A stretch of DNA of 63,551 nt, the filler included, from Collodictyon triciliatum (taxonomy: Eukaryota): assembly GCA_043381765.1 (NCBI GenBank). It is 22 parts of 22 records of this genome, joined end to end, with 100 filler letters (N's around TTAATTAATTAA, not from the genome) between each part and the next. Parts side by side here need not be neighbours in the genome. Positions count along the whole stretch, not along the records: positions 23,709 to 26,381 come from JBHJMP010008469.1; positions 26,482 to 29,153 come from JBHJMP010008470.1; positions 29,254 to 31,925 come from JBHJMP010008471.1; positions 32,026 to 34,696 come from JBHJMP010008472.1; positions 34,797 to 39,811 come from JBHJMP010008473.1; 17 more parts are not named here. One strand, written 5' to 3'. The notes beneath the pieces were generated by a model that ran no database searches, was not told the DNA's origin, and saw only the letters and a list, made by a program, of their open reading frames with translations. The position numbers and the translations under genes were made by a program. Below are positions 24,529 through 37,700 of this stretch, piece by piece; the first letter of the stretch is position 1; every line of letters starts with the position of its first letter.

Positions 24529-27292
24529 CACCAGTCGTTGCATTTAATAAAGCACAATATAATCCAACCGAATCGATTGAAATTCCAAATCATGATTTTT
24601 GTCGCTTATTCATAAATCAAAAACAGTCTTGTTATATTTTAACGAAAGCATATAAAAATCGGTCAAAGCCCATCATGGTATCTATTTTTTAAATCACTCT
24701 GTTTATCTATTTGAAGGAATGGATGCAATATTTGAAGTAATCCGCGAACAATATGGATGATTATCTTTTGTGAATCAAATGTTATTGCAACATCTTATTT
24801 TGAAATAAATCGACAATATTTCTCTTCTAGAAGCCATTTCACAAAATAATATCTTAATTTTTTGCAGATAAAAGCATTCAAATTGGTGCCGAGTCGATTT
24901 TGCATTTCATTTGGAGACGGCGGATTATTAAAATTAATTGGAAAAATGAACATATAATTTTCTCAAAATCTGATTCAAAAATCGTGACATGATTCATAAA
25001 TTAACCAACACATATGCTAGGTAATGAAAATGGAGCAAATATCCAACAAGATTGGTTTAAATAAACGAAAAAACACTGGGCCTAAAATTTGTGTTTTTAT
25101 GCATTTATAGAATATTCAATAGTGAAGTCGTATTACAAAATCCAATTAGCTCAGCTTTGTTTAAAATAAGCTTTAATCTCATATCAACATGTGATTATTA
25201 TATGAGCTTCGATATAAATAATAGTAATCGGGAGTGTAAATTGACTGTATTATTCTTATGCCATGGGCTTTAATTTATTCCGTCATTAATCTTAAATGAA
25301 CAGTCAAGCAGTCAATTACAATCAAATTCTCTCAATTCTCAGCAACCATGTCTTATAACACGCTCTTTCAATAAACAAACATCATCAGCCCGAATCCTTT
25401 CAAATCGGGAAAATTGAGTCGATGGGTCGAAACTAAAGATATTAAAGACCCTCCTGTGTTCAAAATCTGGGAGCAACTCCGCATACATCAAATTTCGAAA
25501 TAATGCACTCTTCGCAACATATCTAACAGAGCTATGGATAGGTGCGCGTGTAATCCATACAACTACTAACTATACACAATTGTGCCATAATGGAGTTAAC
25601 TCTATCCAACTTTCATATATTTTGTGCTCTCTGGCTCAAAAAGCAACAAAATACACTCACAAGATGTTCTCTAAGGTTGATTATGTTCCTAACTTACTCA
25701 GCGAGTCCGATATCCTTTTCAACGCACTATACCAAATGACCCACAACACATGAATACTCTGGACAGTCAAAAGCGAAATTTTTTCAATTCATTAATATTT
25801 CTGCCTTCTCGTTGGGTTAAATTTTTCTTCGGAATTATAGTTATAACAATCGAATATTTTACAAATAACCACGAAATTTCTACAAAAAAATCCGTAATCT
25901 GAGCTTGATGTTTCTAGTAAAATGGAGATGTTGAATATTTTCGTACATTTTTTCGTGACTTAGCATTTTTTACTTTGTTTGATTCAAAGTTTTTGTGGCT
26001 TTAACATAAAAAAACAACTAATTTTGAGGTGATTCTTAAAGGCAAATTATACAGTATAGTTGAAACATTTCTACATATTTAATTATAGTATCTAAAATAT
26101 CATTCAAAATACTCTTTATGATGTTCTTTCCATAATGTCTGGGTATACTTTAATGAGAAACAAGGCATCAAAAGACGTTCATGATGGAAGCAAAGATACA
26201 TTTATTGACAAATAATTTAATAGCCGATAAATACAGAATCACGCATTTAAATTTTCCATCTTTCTCTATAAATAATCATTGGTTATTGACTGAGAGTTCA
26301 GATTTTATATATTATCGATCAGTTCTTTGCAGTCAAGTATGAATTGAAAATCTTCTGGATTGCAAAACGCATGTATTATTTNNNNNNNNNNNNNNNNNNN
26401 NNNNNNNNNNNNNNNNNNNNNNNNNTTAATTAATTAANNNNNNNNNNNNNNNNNNNNNNNNNNNNNNNNNNNNNNNNNNNNGTTATATTTCCATCGAAAA
26501 GCTCAAATATTTTCTATATGTGGACAGAAACAGGGGAAAGAGTGACAGGAAAAAATACAATTGGAATGAACCATATTTCTCGCAATCTCCCGCACCAAAG
26601 AAGCCTTGGCTGCGCATTGTCTGTGGCATACTGATTTTTGTTCGCAGCGAGATCGGTTGGAACAAGCAACCAGAACATTGTAAAACATTGGAAAAAAGTA
26701 AAAGAAAAATTATGAAAGAACCCGAGGGAATCCATTCAGTTTTTGTATGTCGGAGCCACAAGGAGCTTAAATAGCTACAGATTCTCCCAACAACTTTCAA
26801 ACAAACAGATGACGATTTCATCAAAGTGCCCCCGCGGGACAATCAGAACCTAGACGGAGAGCATTTAAATAAGAGTCCGTGCTCGTGGGTTTTTTTCTTA
26901 ACCATGACATGCCAGGATTCCCAATTGTGCCACACTTTGATTCAACTTGGTACTATGATACAGCCAGTCTCCTAGGCCAACTTTCTTCGCGTTATATGAA
27001 AGTCTCGTCCGCAAAAACAAAAAGCTTAGGCCCGTGCAAAACATAAAATAGTTAAAAGTGAATCAACAGTATCAAACCAAGGGGGGCATGTTCAGGAGTT
27101 GCTGTGCAGCCGGCCATTCACTTTATTCCCTTTTATTTGCTACCTTCAAAGCTTTGTTGCAGCACCAAAAATCGAGTGGAGTGAATAAAAGTCCCCCTCT
27201 TTTTTTAACAAGGCCACTTGTGTGTTTATAAAATACTACTGCTAAACGCATACACCCATTTATCACTTACGACAGCCAAAAACCCCGTGATA

Positions 27293-28153
27293 ATGGATGG
27301 TAATGGCTTCACCATGGTGAATTACACTTTCCAGTCGCAGCGGTTCGAAGCCACGCGTATTGGGGCAGACGGACAAATACTTCCTGATCGACAGAGGCCG
27401 CGTATGTGGACAGCGGAGGAAGATCAACGGCTCACCCAGGCTGTTGCCAAGCACGGTGTTAACAGCTGGAAGGTTGTCGCTCAAGAGGTCGGGCGACGCA
27501 ACGGGGATCAATGCTGTCAGCGCTGGATGCGAGCGCTCTGGTAGCCGCCCAGACTACCTGTCAATCCCATCAAACATGTCAAACTTGTCAAAATTCAAAC
27601 GTTTTTGATCTTGCACACAAAAAAACCAAAAAAATTTTATCAAGAAATTCTCTGATACTTTTATGATGATTTGATTTTTTAACTATTGGACATCCACAGC
27701 CCAGGGATTCGAAAGGGTCGGTGGAGTGAGGATGAGGATTCGCTACTTTACCAACGCATCCTACATCTGGGAGAGGGATGCTGGCAGCGGATTGCGCAGG
27801 GCGTTCCTGGCCGTACAGATATTCAATGCCGTTCTCGATGGCTGAAGACCGTGCGCATCCGTTACGTCCGCCCTGGTCAATCCGTAGTTCCCCTACTCAA
27901 TCAACGCGTTGATTCGGCTGAGTCAGTGCATGAGTCAGTTTCAACTTCTACTGCACCCAACGACATATACTCATCACATCTCGGCGAGTCACTTGCTCAT
28001 CTTCCAAAACGGGTTGACGAAACTTTGTCATCATCTTCATCCAAAACGTTGTCAGAAACTTGTGTTGACGTGTCCGTCTCTGCAAGTGAATCAGCAACAC
28101 CAAAATCATTCGTACCTCTGCAAAAGATGTCTTTTGACTATCTCCTGTCATAA
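27293..28153 (+). CDS. Two-repeat (R2R3-type) Myb transcription factor; exons 27293-27540 and 27700-28153
   Basis: WTAEEDQRL...WKVVA...[10 protein letters not shown]...[15 protein letters not shown]...WQRIA...[17 protein letters not shown] intron at 27541-27699 restores the frame. Confidence 0.92.
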
Positions 28154-29431
28154 GAAAAATATATGAATTTTGTTTCCAACCCTTTTAATTTTAACGACAC
28201 TTCAATTTTCCATTATTTTTTTTTACGGGTCATTCGATTCTTGCCCATCTGGTTGCTCTTTCAAAGAATATTCAAAATCAATAATTCACTCTGCATTATA
28301 TTCCGCAACGCGCTCACAGGTTATCTTACCTGTGGTGGCAGAGACGCCTGTCTTATTATCATGTGCTCTTTTATGCAAATCTTTTGTTGAGGACGCGGCA
28401 CGTTGCAAAATCAATAAATTGGTGGAAATAAAATGGAATAACCATCATATAAAATAGGCTATTTTCGAATTCCTGGAGTACCAATGTATTGTTTTTTTTT
28501 TTTTGAGAAAGTTATATTATATGATCGAAGTAAAGACTCGCTTACACATATAAACCAAGGAAGGGGTATACATAGCGACCAAATTACATTCTGCTGGGTT
28601 AATTTTTTTTGGCGCAGCGGTTTTGGGAAGGAAACCCCCTACAAAGCTTTAGAAGCGCGGTTAGAAAATGGTCTCCTAAATCCGATACAACAACGGCTTT
28701 GGATTATTTTTCTTATTTTATAAGACATGTAATAGGAATATACAACCAAGTCGAGATGCGAGCAAATTAGCAGTGAAATGGACTTAGACAAGAGGCTACA
28801 AGAAAAAAAAATAATATTCTGAACAGGCAACTCAAGGTTGGTCACGAGCCAAACAATAGGGAAAGGAACCTGGGTTTCAGAGCAGCACATAAAAGCTACA
28901 GCGTTGCAATTCAGTAGGACGTGTCATAGGTAGTTAGTCTTGTAGGGATATTTATAACAAAAGATTAAAACTTGGGTTATTATTATTATTTTTTAAAAAA
29001 AAGAAATCCTGAGCGGGAGATGAATACTCCCAATCCAAACATGACCCACGTGTACTTTGAATTGAGTGAAGAAAAGGAAAACATAACCAAAGCATAAGTG
29101 GGGAGGAAATAATCTGTTCATAACTTTTTTTTTTTTATTATTTTTATAAAATANNNNNNNNNNNNNNNNNNNNNNNNNNNNNNNNNNNNNNNNNNNNTTA
29201 ATTAATTAANNNNNNNNNNNNNNNNNNNNNNNNNNNNNNNNNNNNNNNNNNNNTTTCTTCTTTTATTTCTTCTTTTATTTCTTCTTTTATTTCTTCTTTT
29301 ATTTCTTCTTTTATTTCTTCTTTTATTTCTTCTTTTATTTCTTCTTTTATTTATTTCTTCACATATATAATGGCCGAAACAATTGAAATCATCCGTCAAC
29401 CAACACAAAGAAAAAGCAAGAACCGTCGCCC

Positions 29432-30801
29432 ATGCAGATTGTTAACATCAACCGAATTCTTGTGCCTCTCGACGGAACCGCAGCTTCATTACGTGCACTG
29501 ACGCACGCCCAGGCACTTGCAACATTCTTTTCCTGTGCCTTGAAACTCATCCATGCTGTAGACATATCACAGTCCCCAACAAACAGCTCGGCCCGCAATT
29601 CAGATGCCAACGCAACAACGGAGCAAATGATACAGGTTGGTTTTAATCTGTTTGGGGCTCAACGGGTTACACATATGAAAAAAGAAAGTATTCATAAGTT
29701 GTCCTTAGGTGGGTCGCAAGATTCTGGATAGAGCAATCATGCAGGTGCAATCGTCTCGACTCGCTTATTCGTCTGCGTTGGTCATAGGTCGCGCTGATTC
29801 TGTAATCACCCACGCAGCGTCTGATTGCGATCTGACAGTGATGGGGAGTCATGGAATCGGCAGATTTGAGACATTTATCCTAGGTATCTAAATTGAATAA
29901 CAACCACGCATAAGAACAAACAAAACATAACATAACATAACATAAAACAAATCCGAAGCAAACATGGCAAAGTCGAGATATTTGTCTTGGGGCCATCCTC
30001 AACAAATTGGAACCTTATCGCTCGTAGGGTCTGTCGCTTCTGGCGTTCTCAAGAACACACGCATCCCAGTATTCAGTGTACGCTTCCGCGCCTCCGAAAT
30101 GCCTGTGATTGAAGATGCACTTCCAACGCAGCCTTATAAGCGGATTCTTGTCCACCACGACGGAGACGACGAGTCTCATTATGCCCTCACATATATCCTT
30201 CCGATGGTATCTGAGATGAACGCTGAATACCTGACCATCATGCATGTCACCGGACAGTACACTGACAGTCTGAATCTTCTGCAAATTGAAGAGACTCTGC
30301 AGAAAGCTCAGCGAAATGCAACAGTCGGCTTGGAGGCTCTTTCACAGAATGTAAGTGCATTCCCTTCGAACCACACACGCACGCTACGTATTTTTACACG
30401 ATAATCCCCAGCCATGCGCGATTGTGTATCTGTTGTTCGTACGATAAAGTCAATCACACCCTGGGTTCATTCGTGATTTTTTTGGGGATTGCGAACATTA
30501 TTCCAAGCGCTTTGCAATCATTATAATTGTTTTTCAAGAATAAAAAGGAGATTAGGTTAATTCAATTATGTTACACCAACCACAGGAAAAGAGCATAGTT
30601 GTGGTGTACAAGGTAGAACAAACCCATATGTCAGCAGCAGATGCCCTTCTCCACCACAGCGCAAAGTATGATTTGATTGTGTGTGGTATGAAGCCTTTGA
30701 GCGGGCTTCTTCGCTTTTTCTCCGAGCCAACTTTCGAGACTATCCTTCGAAAATCCTCTGTCCCGGTCGTGGCTGTGCCTTTCCCGCGGGGTGGCATCTG
30801 A
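29432..30801 (+). CDS. Tandem two-domain universal stress protein (UspA family); exons 29432-29635, 29709-29883, 30028-30350, 30586-30801
   Basis: Domain 1: RILVPLDGT...DLTVMGSHG...LGSVASGVL...PVFSV. Domain 2: KRILVHHDG...DLIVCG...ILRKSSVPVVAV. All introns are GT-AG and in phase. Confidence 0.9.
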
Positions 30802-32257
30802 CAATACACCTAGACATGCCCTACACAATCGCTTCTTTTCTTCTCTTTCTTTTTCTTTTTTCTTTTTTCTTTTTCTTTTTTCTTTTTTCTTTTTTCTTTT
30901 TTCTTTTTTCTTTTTTCTTTTTTCTTTTTTCTTTTTTCTTTTTTCTTTTCTTTTTCTTTTCTTTTTCTTTTCTTTTTCTTTTCTTTTTCTTTTCTTTTTC
31001 TTTTCTTTTTCTTTTCTTTTTCTTTTCTTTTTCTTTTCGCCTCAATCTGACTTTTTGCTTCCATGGCTATCTCCTCTCCCCCGCCACCTGCTTGTTGAGT
31101 GGTTTGCTATTCGGCATATTCAGAGATGCTGTCTTTATCACCCCCACTATCAGTTCCTGATGCGCGGGCGAACAACAGAAAAGTAATAGACTCTGAGACG
31201 GAGTCAGAGTTCTGAAAAAAAAAACCGTATATCATCCATCGCCATATGGGCGCTGTTTATCTAATCCCTCGCATTTCCCTCCAAACAATCATAAATGAAG
31301 CCGTATGTCCCTTTGTGGTTTACTTGAAGAGCCCAAAATATAAAACAACGGTGTTTTGAAAGTGATTTATTCAGCAACGTAAGAAAAATGAAACATGCAA
31401 CACCTCGCGCGATGACATACGCCACAGAATATCAATTGGTTGGTTCTGTTGATAATAATAAAAGAAAAAATTATAGCCAGAGAATTCAGTTGTTCTGATG
31501 CCTATCACCCCCTGATGACATCCAGTCAAAAAAGAAAGGAAAAGAGAAAAGAGAACGGGTATGGAGAATGATGTGAGGGAGTATTGAGGGCGCGTCTTTC
31601 GTCAGCCCCGATAAAATGATTGTGCTGAAATGGCCCGCGTCAGTAGTAACAAAGGCGGTCAATATTTGCAGTGTTTGCGAAAGCAGCGTTTTACTTGCTC
31701 ACAAAGTCAGCGCCATACAAGGCTTCGATTTCCTTGTGGTATTTCCTAAAAGACAAAACTCAGTAACCTTCATCCCGCTTCTGTATCTGTTTGGGCGTAA
31801 TCATTCATATTCAGTCTTTTTTTTTTAAAAAAAACATTATAAAAAGAATCGTACTTGTAAATGATGTGCCGACGAAGCTTCAGTGTCGCAGTGAGCTCCG
31901 CTTCTTCTCCTTCAAACACAAACTCNNNNNNNNNNNNNNNNNNNNNNNNNNNNNNNNNNNNNNNNNNNNTTAATTAATTAANNNNNNNNNNNNNNNNNNN
32001 NNNNNNNNNNNNNNNNNNNNNNNNNGAGAGAAGAGGCACTTTTTGCCATCCGAGAATGTGACGGAAAACTTACTCTTCCTGTAATATTGATTATTTTCTT
32101 ACGCTGCTGTTTGATAAGTCTAATAGTTCTTGAATATGCATAAGTATTCTACTTATAGCCCACGATTCATTTGCTCATTTTTCATAGCGTATTTGGAAAG
32201 GCTATCTCCTCTACTATTCTGACACCTATATTTTCCTTGTGTCTGTGTTGCCCCTAG

Positions 32258-33700
32258 GGAAATGCCAGACCTGTTAATGTGAAGTTCGCCGAAACCCAGA
32301 AGCAAAAGAACCAACGCAAACTCCAGAAGAATTTTATTCAAAGTGGCGGATTTGCTGGCCCGATGGGCTTTGGAGGCATGGCTGCGGTAAACATTTAATA
32401 CCTCACATTAGCAGACTTTAAAACTTAAGAAACACTCTTGAATCCACACATTCACGCGGAACCAAGACCTGATATACATAATTCATATATCGAATAATCA
32501 GCGTCGCACATCCAGACGAATGCCACGCATAATAACTCTAAAAATAATGAAACATCACAAGCAGCCCTCGCAATTTCAAATCTGAGTAAAGTGACTTATA
32601 CCATTTTTGAACTTCCTCAGATGGGTGCGCTGAACGCGATGGGTGGAGAGATGTTTAAGAGTGGATTCCCGTCATATGCATCCAACTTCCCCTCGTCACT
32701 ATACGGTTTGCCGCTTCGCCGAACAATTCTATAGCGTGGTTGCGCTACATCCACCGATGACCCAGCTGACAGAATCCACCCTGTTCTTACTGTATCATAA
32801 ATCCTCTCTCTAGGAATCGGTTATCAAGCCGGCTTCCCGGGCGCTCCTGTCGCCGGTGCTGCTACGCCCACGACTGTGCCTGGAGTGATGAGTCAGACAT
32901 ACGCCGCCCCGAAGGCTCCTGATGGTTGGAGTTTATTACTTCGAACATGAAAACATGATGATCTAAAATCTCCACTCCCTCGAACAATGGCATCGATGTG
33001 ATGATATCTTGACTTGCAGCTAGTGTTTCTTTTAAGGTTGCAAAATTGCCACCTCCGTATCTACTCCACAACATAACTCATCGATTATGCAGGTTCCACT
33101 CTCTTTATCTATCACATCCCTCAAGAGATGAATGATTATGACCTTGGCAACCTGTTCATGCCATTCGGATCTGTGCTGAGTGCGAAAGTCTACGTCGACA
33201 AAGCCACAGGACTGAGCAAATGCTTCGGTAAGCAGAGATTCATTCTTCCAACACAGCCTCTGTCCTCTACTTTGAAGTTAGGGCATTTACTTCTCTACTT
33301 CCATGTATCTTGGCTGCACCCCTAATTTTTATTTTTTCAACGAAGTCGTGGAAAACTGAAATCGCACCATCACACATTCTTTTTGTTTTCACCGCATCAT
33401 CGCCCCCAGCAAATATTACCCAGCAACCATCATAAACTTAATCATATCCTTTCTCCCTTTTCTTCTCTAGGTTTTGTTACCTACGACAACCCCCGATCGG
33501 CTGAGATGGCTATCCACTCCATGAACGGATTCCAGATCGGTACGAAGCCAACACTCATCATCATCACCATCACCATCACCATCATCATCATCATCACCAT
33601 CATCACCATCATCACCATCATCACCATCATCACCATCTCAGGTGTCAAGCGCCTCAAGGTTCAACACAAACGAGCGGACGGCCAGACACAGCCCTACTAG
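32258..33700 (+). CDS. CELF: CELF/Bruno-like RNA-binding protein, 3' part (end of RRM2, linker, RRM3)
   Basis: [13 protein letters not shown], then EGS...LFIYHIPQE...[58 protein letters not shown]...PY*, the characteristic CELF RRM3 and C-terminus. Confidence 0.92.
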
Positions 33701-34046
33701 CCACCCGACTGGCAATCCTGAAACCCCTTTCGCCCGCCTCTCTCCTTCTCCCCTCCTCTCCTCTCCCCTCCTCTCCTCTCCCCTCCCCTCTACGGCCCGG
33801 CCCACCCCGCCTCCATAAACGTTCAACGCTCGAATTTCTGGAGCGCGGCCGATCACGCCTATGCCCTTGTCCTTGTTCCGCCTTTCCTGCAAAGAAGAGA
33901 CCCACCGGCACGTCGTCTGCTTCCACTCTGCTCGGGCGTATGAATCGATGCAAGGCTCCCAGAAGCCCGGCGTGCGACAGGCAGCCTCGTCGGTGTCAGA
34001 AGCAAGGCGCTGAAAACACTGACCCGCATCTCAGGCACCGAAGACG

Positions 34047-34254
34047 ATGCAAAGCAGAGCCGAGGAAGGGCAGCCTCGTCAGGCATTTGCCGAGAGTCTG
34101 CGGACCCACCGGGCCAGCCTGGTCGCCTTTCTGGACGCAGTGGCCCGCAGCGCAGAGGACATCAATGTGGGCGTGCAGCCACATTCGTCTGTGGAGGAAA
34201 CATTCCGAGTTCTGTTGAGATCAGACAGGCTTTTGAGAGAGGCTGCGGGGGTTG
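34047..34254 (+). CDS. First exon of an unidentified GC-rich gene (possibly Mediator Med4-like helical N-terminus)
   Basis: ATG, open frame with helical character, then a GTACGT donor followed by an intronic (CATTAT/CATTCT)n repeat. The identity is a guess. Confidence 0.4.
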
Positions 34255-34796
34255 GTACGTCGAGTTCGTGTGTTCTTTCACAATCTGTCTCTTTCGTAAT
34301 CGATATCGATATCGATATCATTATCATTATCATTATCATTATCATTATCATTCTCATTATCATTCTCATTATCATTATCATTCTCATTATCATTCTCATT
34401 ATCATTCTCCTTATCATTCTCATTATCATTCTCATTATCATTCTCATTATCATTCTCATTATCATTCTCATTATCATTCTCATTATCATTCTCATTATCA
34501 TTCTCATTCTCATTCTCATTCTCATTCTCATTCTCATTCTCATTCTCATTCTCATTCTCATTCTCATTCTCATTCTCATTATCATTATCATTATCATTAT
34601 CATTATCATTATCATTATCATTATCATTATCATTATCATTATCATTATCATTATCATTATCATTATCATTATCATTATCATTATCATTATCATTATNNNN
34701 NNNNNNNNNNNNNNNNNNNNNNNNNNNNNNNNNNNNNNNNTTAATTAATTAANNNNNNNNNNNNNNNNNNNNNNNNNNNNNNNNNNNNNNNNNNNN

Positions 34797-37700
34797 GGCA
34801 TGGTTCATGGCCACTTGTCAAACATAGGGATGAAACCCAGGGAAATTCCTTCAAGTGAGCAGAGACGTAACCTCCTGATGTTTTTGATTCTCCTCTTGCA
34901 CCGACTAACCAGCCAATAATATTCAAGTTTGGATTTGTCTGATATACGGTGGTAGTTAAACTGAATCCGCGAGCAGAAACAGGCTTTGGCAACAAAGTAT
35001 TCAAGTATATTTCTGATGTTAACTTCCCGGTAGTTATCTTGAAATTGACAGCTTTTTCGGAATAAAGAACACCTGTAATGCTCTGACTTTGTTGGTAATT
35101 CGAAAAATGTATTGGGGCCTCTTTAAGAAATCCAGCGCCAATCTCAGAAGCATAGAATTTGAAATCAATTGATGGATTGTTGGAACTGCATGTTCCACAC
35201 GCATTTTTTGTCTGACCCGAGATGCACTCTGTAGTATTAATAATGACGGTCTGTGATGGTGATTTGGATATATTAAAAGAACTTGCTCTAGTTTTACTAC
35301 ATGAAGAGGTCTTGCTTTGCTTTTGAATTGTGTTTGATGTATACTTAGGCCTTGCGATGGAATGCAATAGTGTTGGATTTTGATAATATGAGTGGCTATA
35401 CATTCTTGTTTTAGAATTCGACATTCTCTTAGATTTAGATGCTACATGGGATTCTACTTTTGACCTTGAAAGAGAATGGGAGGGCTTTTTCGATGATGGC
35501 TTTGTACCTCCAAAAAATGTCTGGATTTTCAAGTATGAAAAATAAGTTCCTCCCACTCCTTGATAAAATGTTACGTCTCGGTCGTTGGATGGTTGTCCAA
35601 AGCTGTCGACAGTCTTCAGATGGATTGCAACACCAATTAATTCCGAACTTCGGGTGTTTCCTGTGACAGAGAACGTCCCATTGTTGAAGTTATAGCTAGT
35701 TACGGTAAATCCTTCAGCAAACGCTTGTTTGTTTGTCCCAAGCGTAATTCTCATATCTGCGTTTAACTTGGTCAGAAAAAGTATGTCATATAACGTCTTG
35801 GCCGATGAGTATGCCATATCAGCTGTCTGCGAGTCTATAGAAACTTGTAGATAGGAACTGGATATTGTGGGTGCTATGGTGCGGAGATTGAAGAATCGCC
35901 ATTTGTTTGCCAAAACTCTAATCAAGTATATAGCGTCTTGTACTTGAATCTTTCCATTTCTGTCCGCATCCAAGTACTGAAGTTGGTAGGGCTGTAATGA
36001 TGTGGTGACTAGGCCAGCCAGATATCTCAATGTAAACTGGACATCGCCGACCGAGAACTCGCAGTCTCCATCCGTATTTCCAAGAATACTAGCTGGTTCG
36101 CATGTCTGTGATTTTCTGCCGGCTTGTTGTATGGCTGCAGTATTTTTATGTCTCGCATCCAAATTCATTCCGTTCCTCCAAGAGGCTCTCGAATTGATTC
36201 CCGTTCCGCTCTTTACTGGAGCATTACCAGCTACTATTGCTCTTGTCTGTCCTTGCCCAAGTGTACTTCCAATAGGTGAAGATGTTGCATCGTTAGCTAG
36301 CATCTTGGTGATGAAGCCAGCAAAGTATGATAGTCCGTTCTGTTTGCTTGTGATGACTAGCTTGACAACCTCCAATATTCCTTTTGAGCTGCTTGTCGCG
36401 CTTGTCGCTCCCACAATGCGAATGACTCCCGGTGGGTCGTTCAAGGTAATCTCTAACTGTCCACCTGGCCAGCTACTTCCAGTGGAGTATGAAGTAACAT
36501 CGAATATGTCTGCGTCGTACATAATACTGACATCGATACTTCCAAGTGCCTTTGTTCCCGTGTTGACAAGAACAGGAACTGTTAAGCTGGACCCAACTGC
36601 GATGTTACTCAATGCAAGGCTGCTCGTGCTTCCAATATCGATATCGCCGACATCCGGGCTCAGATTGGCATAAGTACTCGACGTTTCTACGACTCCATAG
36701 CACGTGGACGATGTAAGCTTTACACTACTGAGCGAGTTTGCTTGTATGGTCGCTGTTCCTGCGGTGTCGATAGCTATTGAGCCCGGGTCATCGCTGGTGT
36801 AAGATAGTAGCCCAGGGACGGAGTGGGCCGTTGGATGTTTTGTTCCGTCCTCAAATATAGCAGTCGTTTTGATGCTTTGTGTTGATGTTCCGATGATACC
36901 AGTGTATGTTGACGGAAATACGGTTGCTAGCGATGTTGCGCTTACAGTTTCGTCCGCAACCACGATGTCTATTGTGGCTGATGCATCGCCGTATGAGGCT
37001 GTGATTGTAGCAGCTCCAAAGTTTGTACCAGTCGGTTCAAGAATAGTTTTTTCTTTGATAACCAAAGTATTTTGCTGAGTTGTCGGTACAAAAAATACAG
37101 TCAGAGATTTTGATGTGATATCATACACAGAGCTATCCGTCAGTCTCATGGACAATGCCAGCGTCGCTCTTTGATAGACCTGTGTGCATGCATAGCGAGT
37201 CAGCTTAGTCAGCGACACTGTGCTGGAACCTGTGTATGTCGGATATGGACTGGACGAGACACTCAGTGACACAAATCCAATCACGGTGATATCCACGCTT
37301 CCTTGCAAACTCGGTGCGTTGTTGACTGTCACTACTATCGTCGCGGTTCCGAAGCCATTGCCTGTCGCAACCACATAAACCTCTGTGATTCTGGATGACA
37401 CTATTGTCTTAATATGGATGATGTCATTTGTATCGGCTGTAGTGTCATCATAGTTTGTCCTGGAGTCAAGTGTGTAGTCCCTTTCCTTTCCATTCTCGAA
37501 CGTGCACATGACCTTCAGGTTGCTCTTCGTGGGTATGCCGACGGTCGTGGAAGGGTCATCAGAACTCGTGATTTTAGTATTTGTGACGGTCACTGCTATT
37601 TGAGTAATCTTGGGCAGCTTCAAGTTGACGAGTCCGAGTCCGTCACCCAGGTTCTTTCCACAGGAGCTCCACTGAACATTGACATAGTATCCGCACCCGT

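Noticed and set aside
34079-34748. Long poly-Ile/His/Met ORFs, and similar poly-F/K/Y/CV ORFs elsewhere
   Set aside because: These are translations of microsatellites or N gaps, not proteins.
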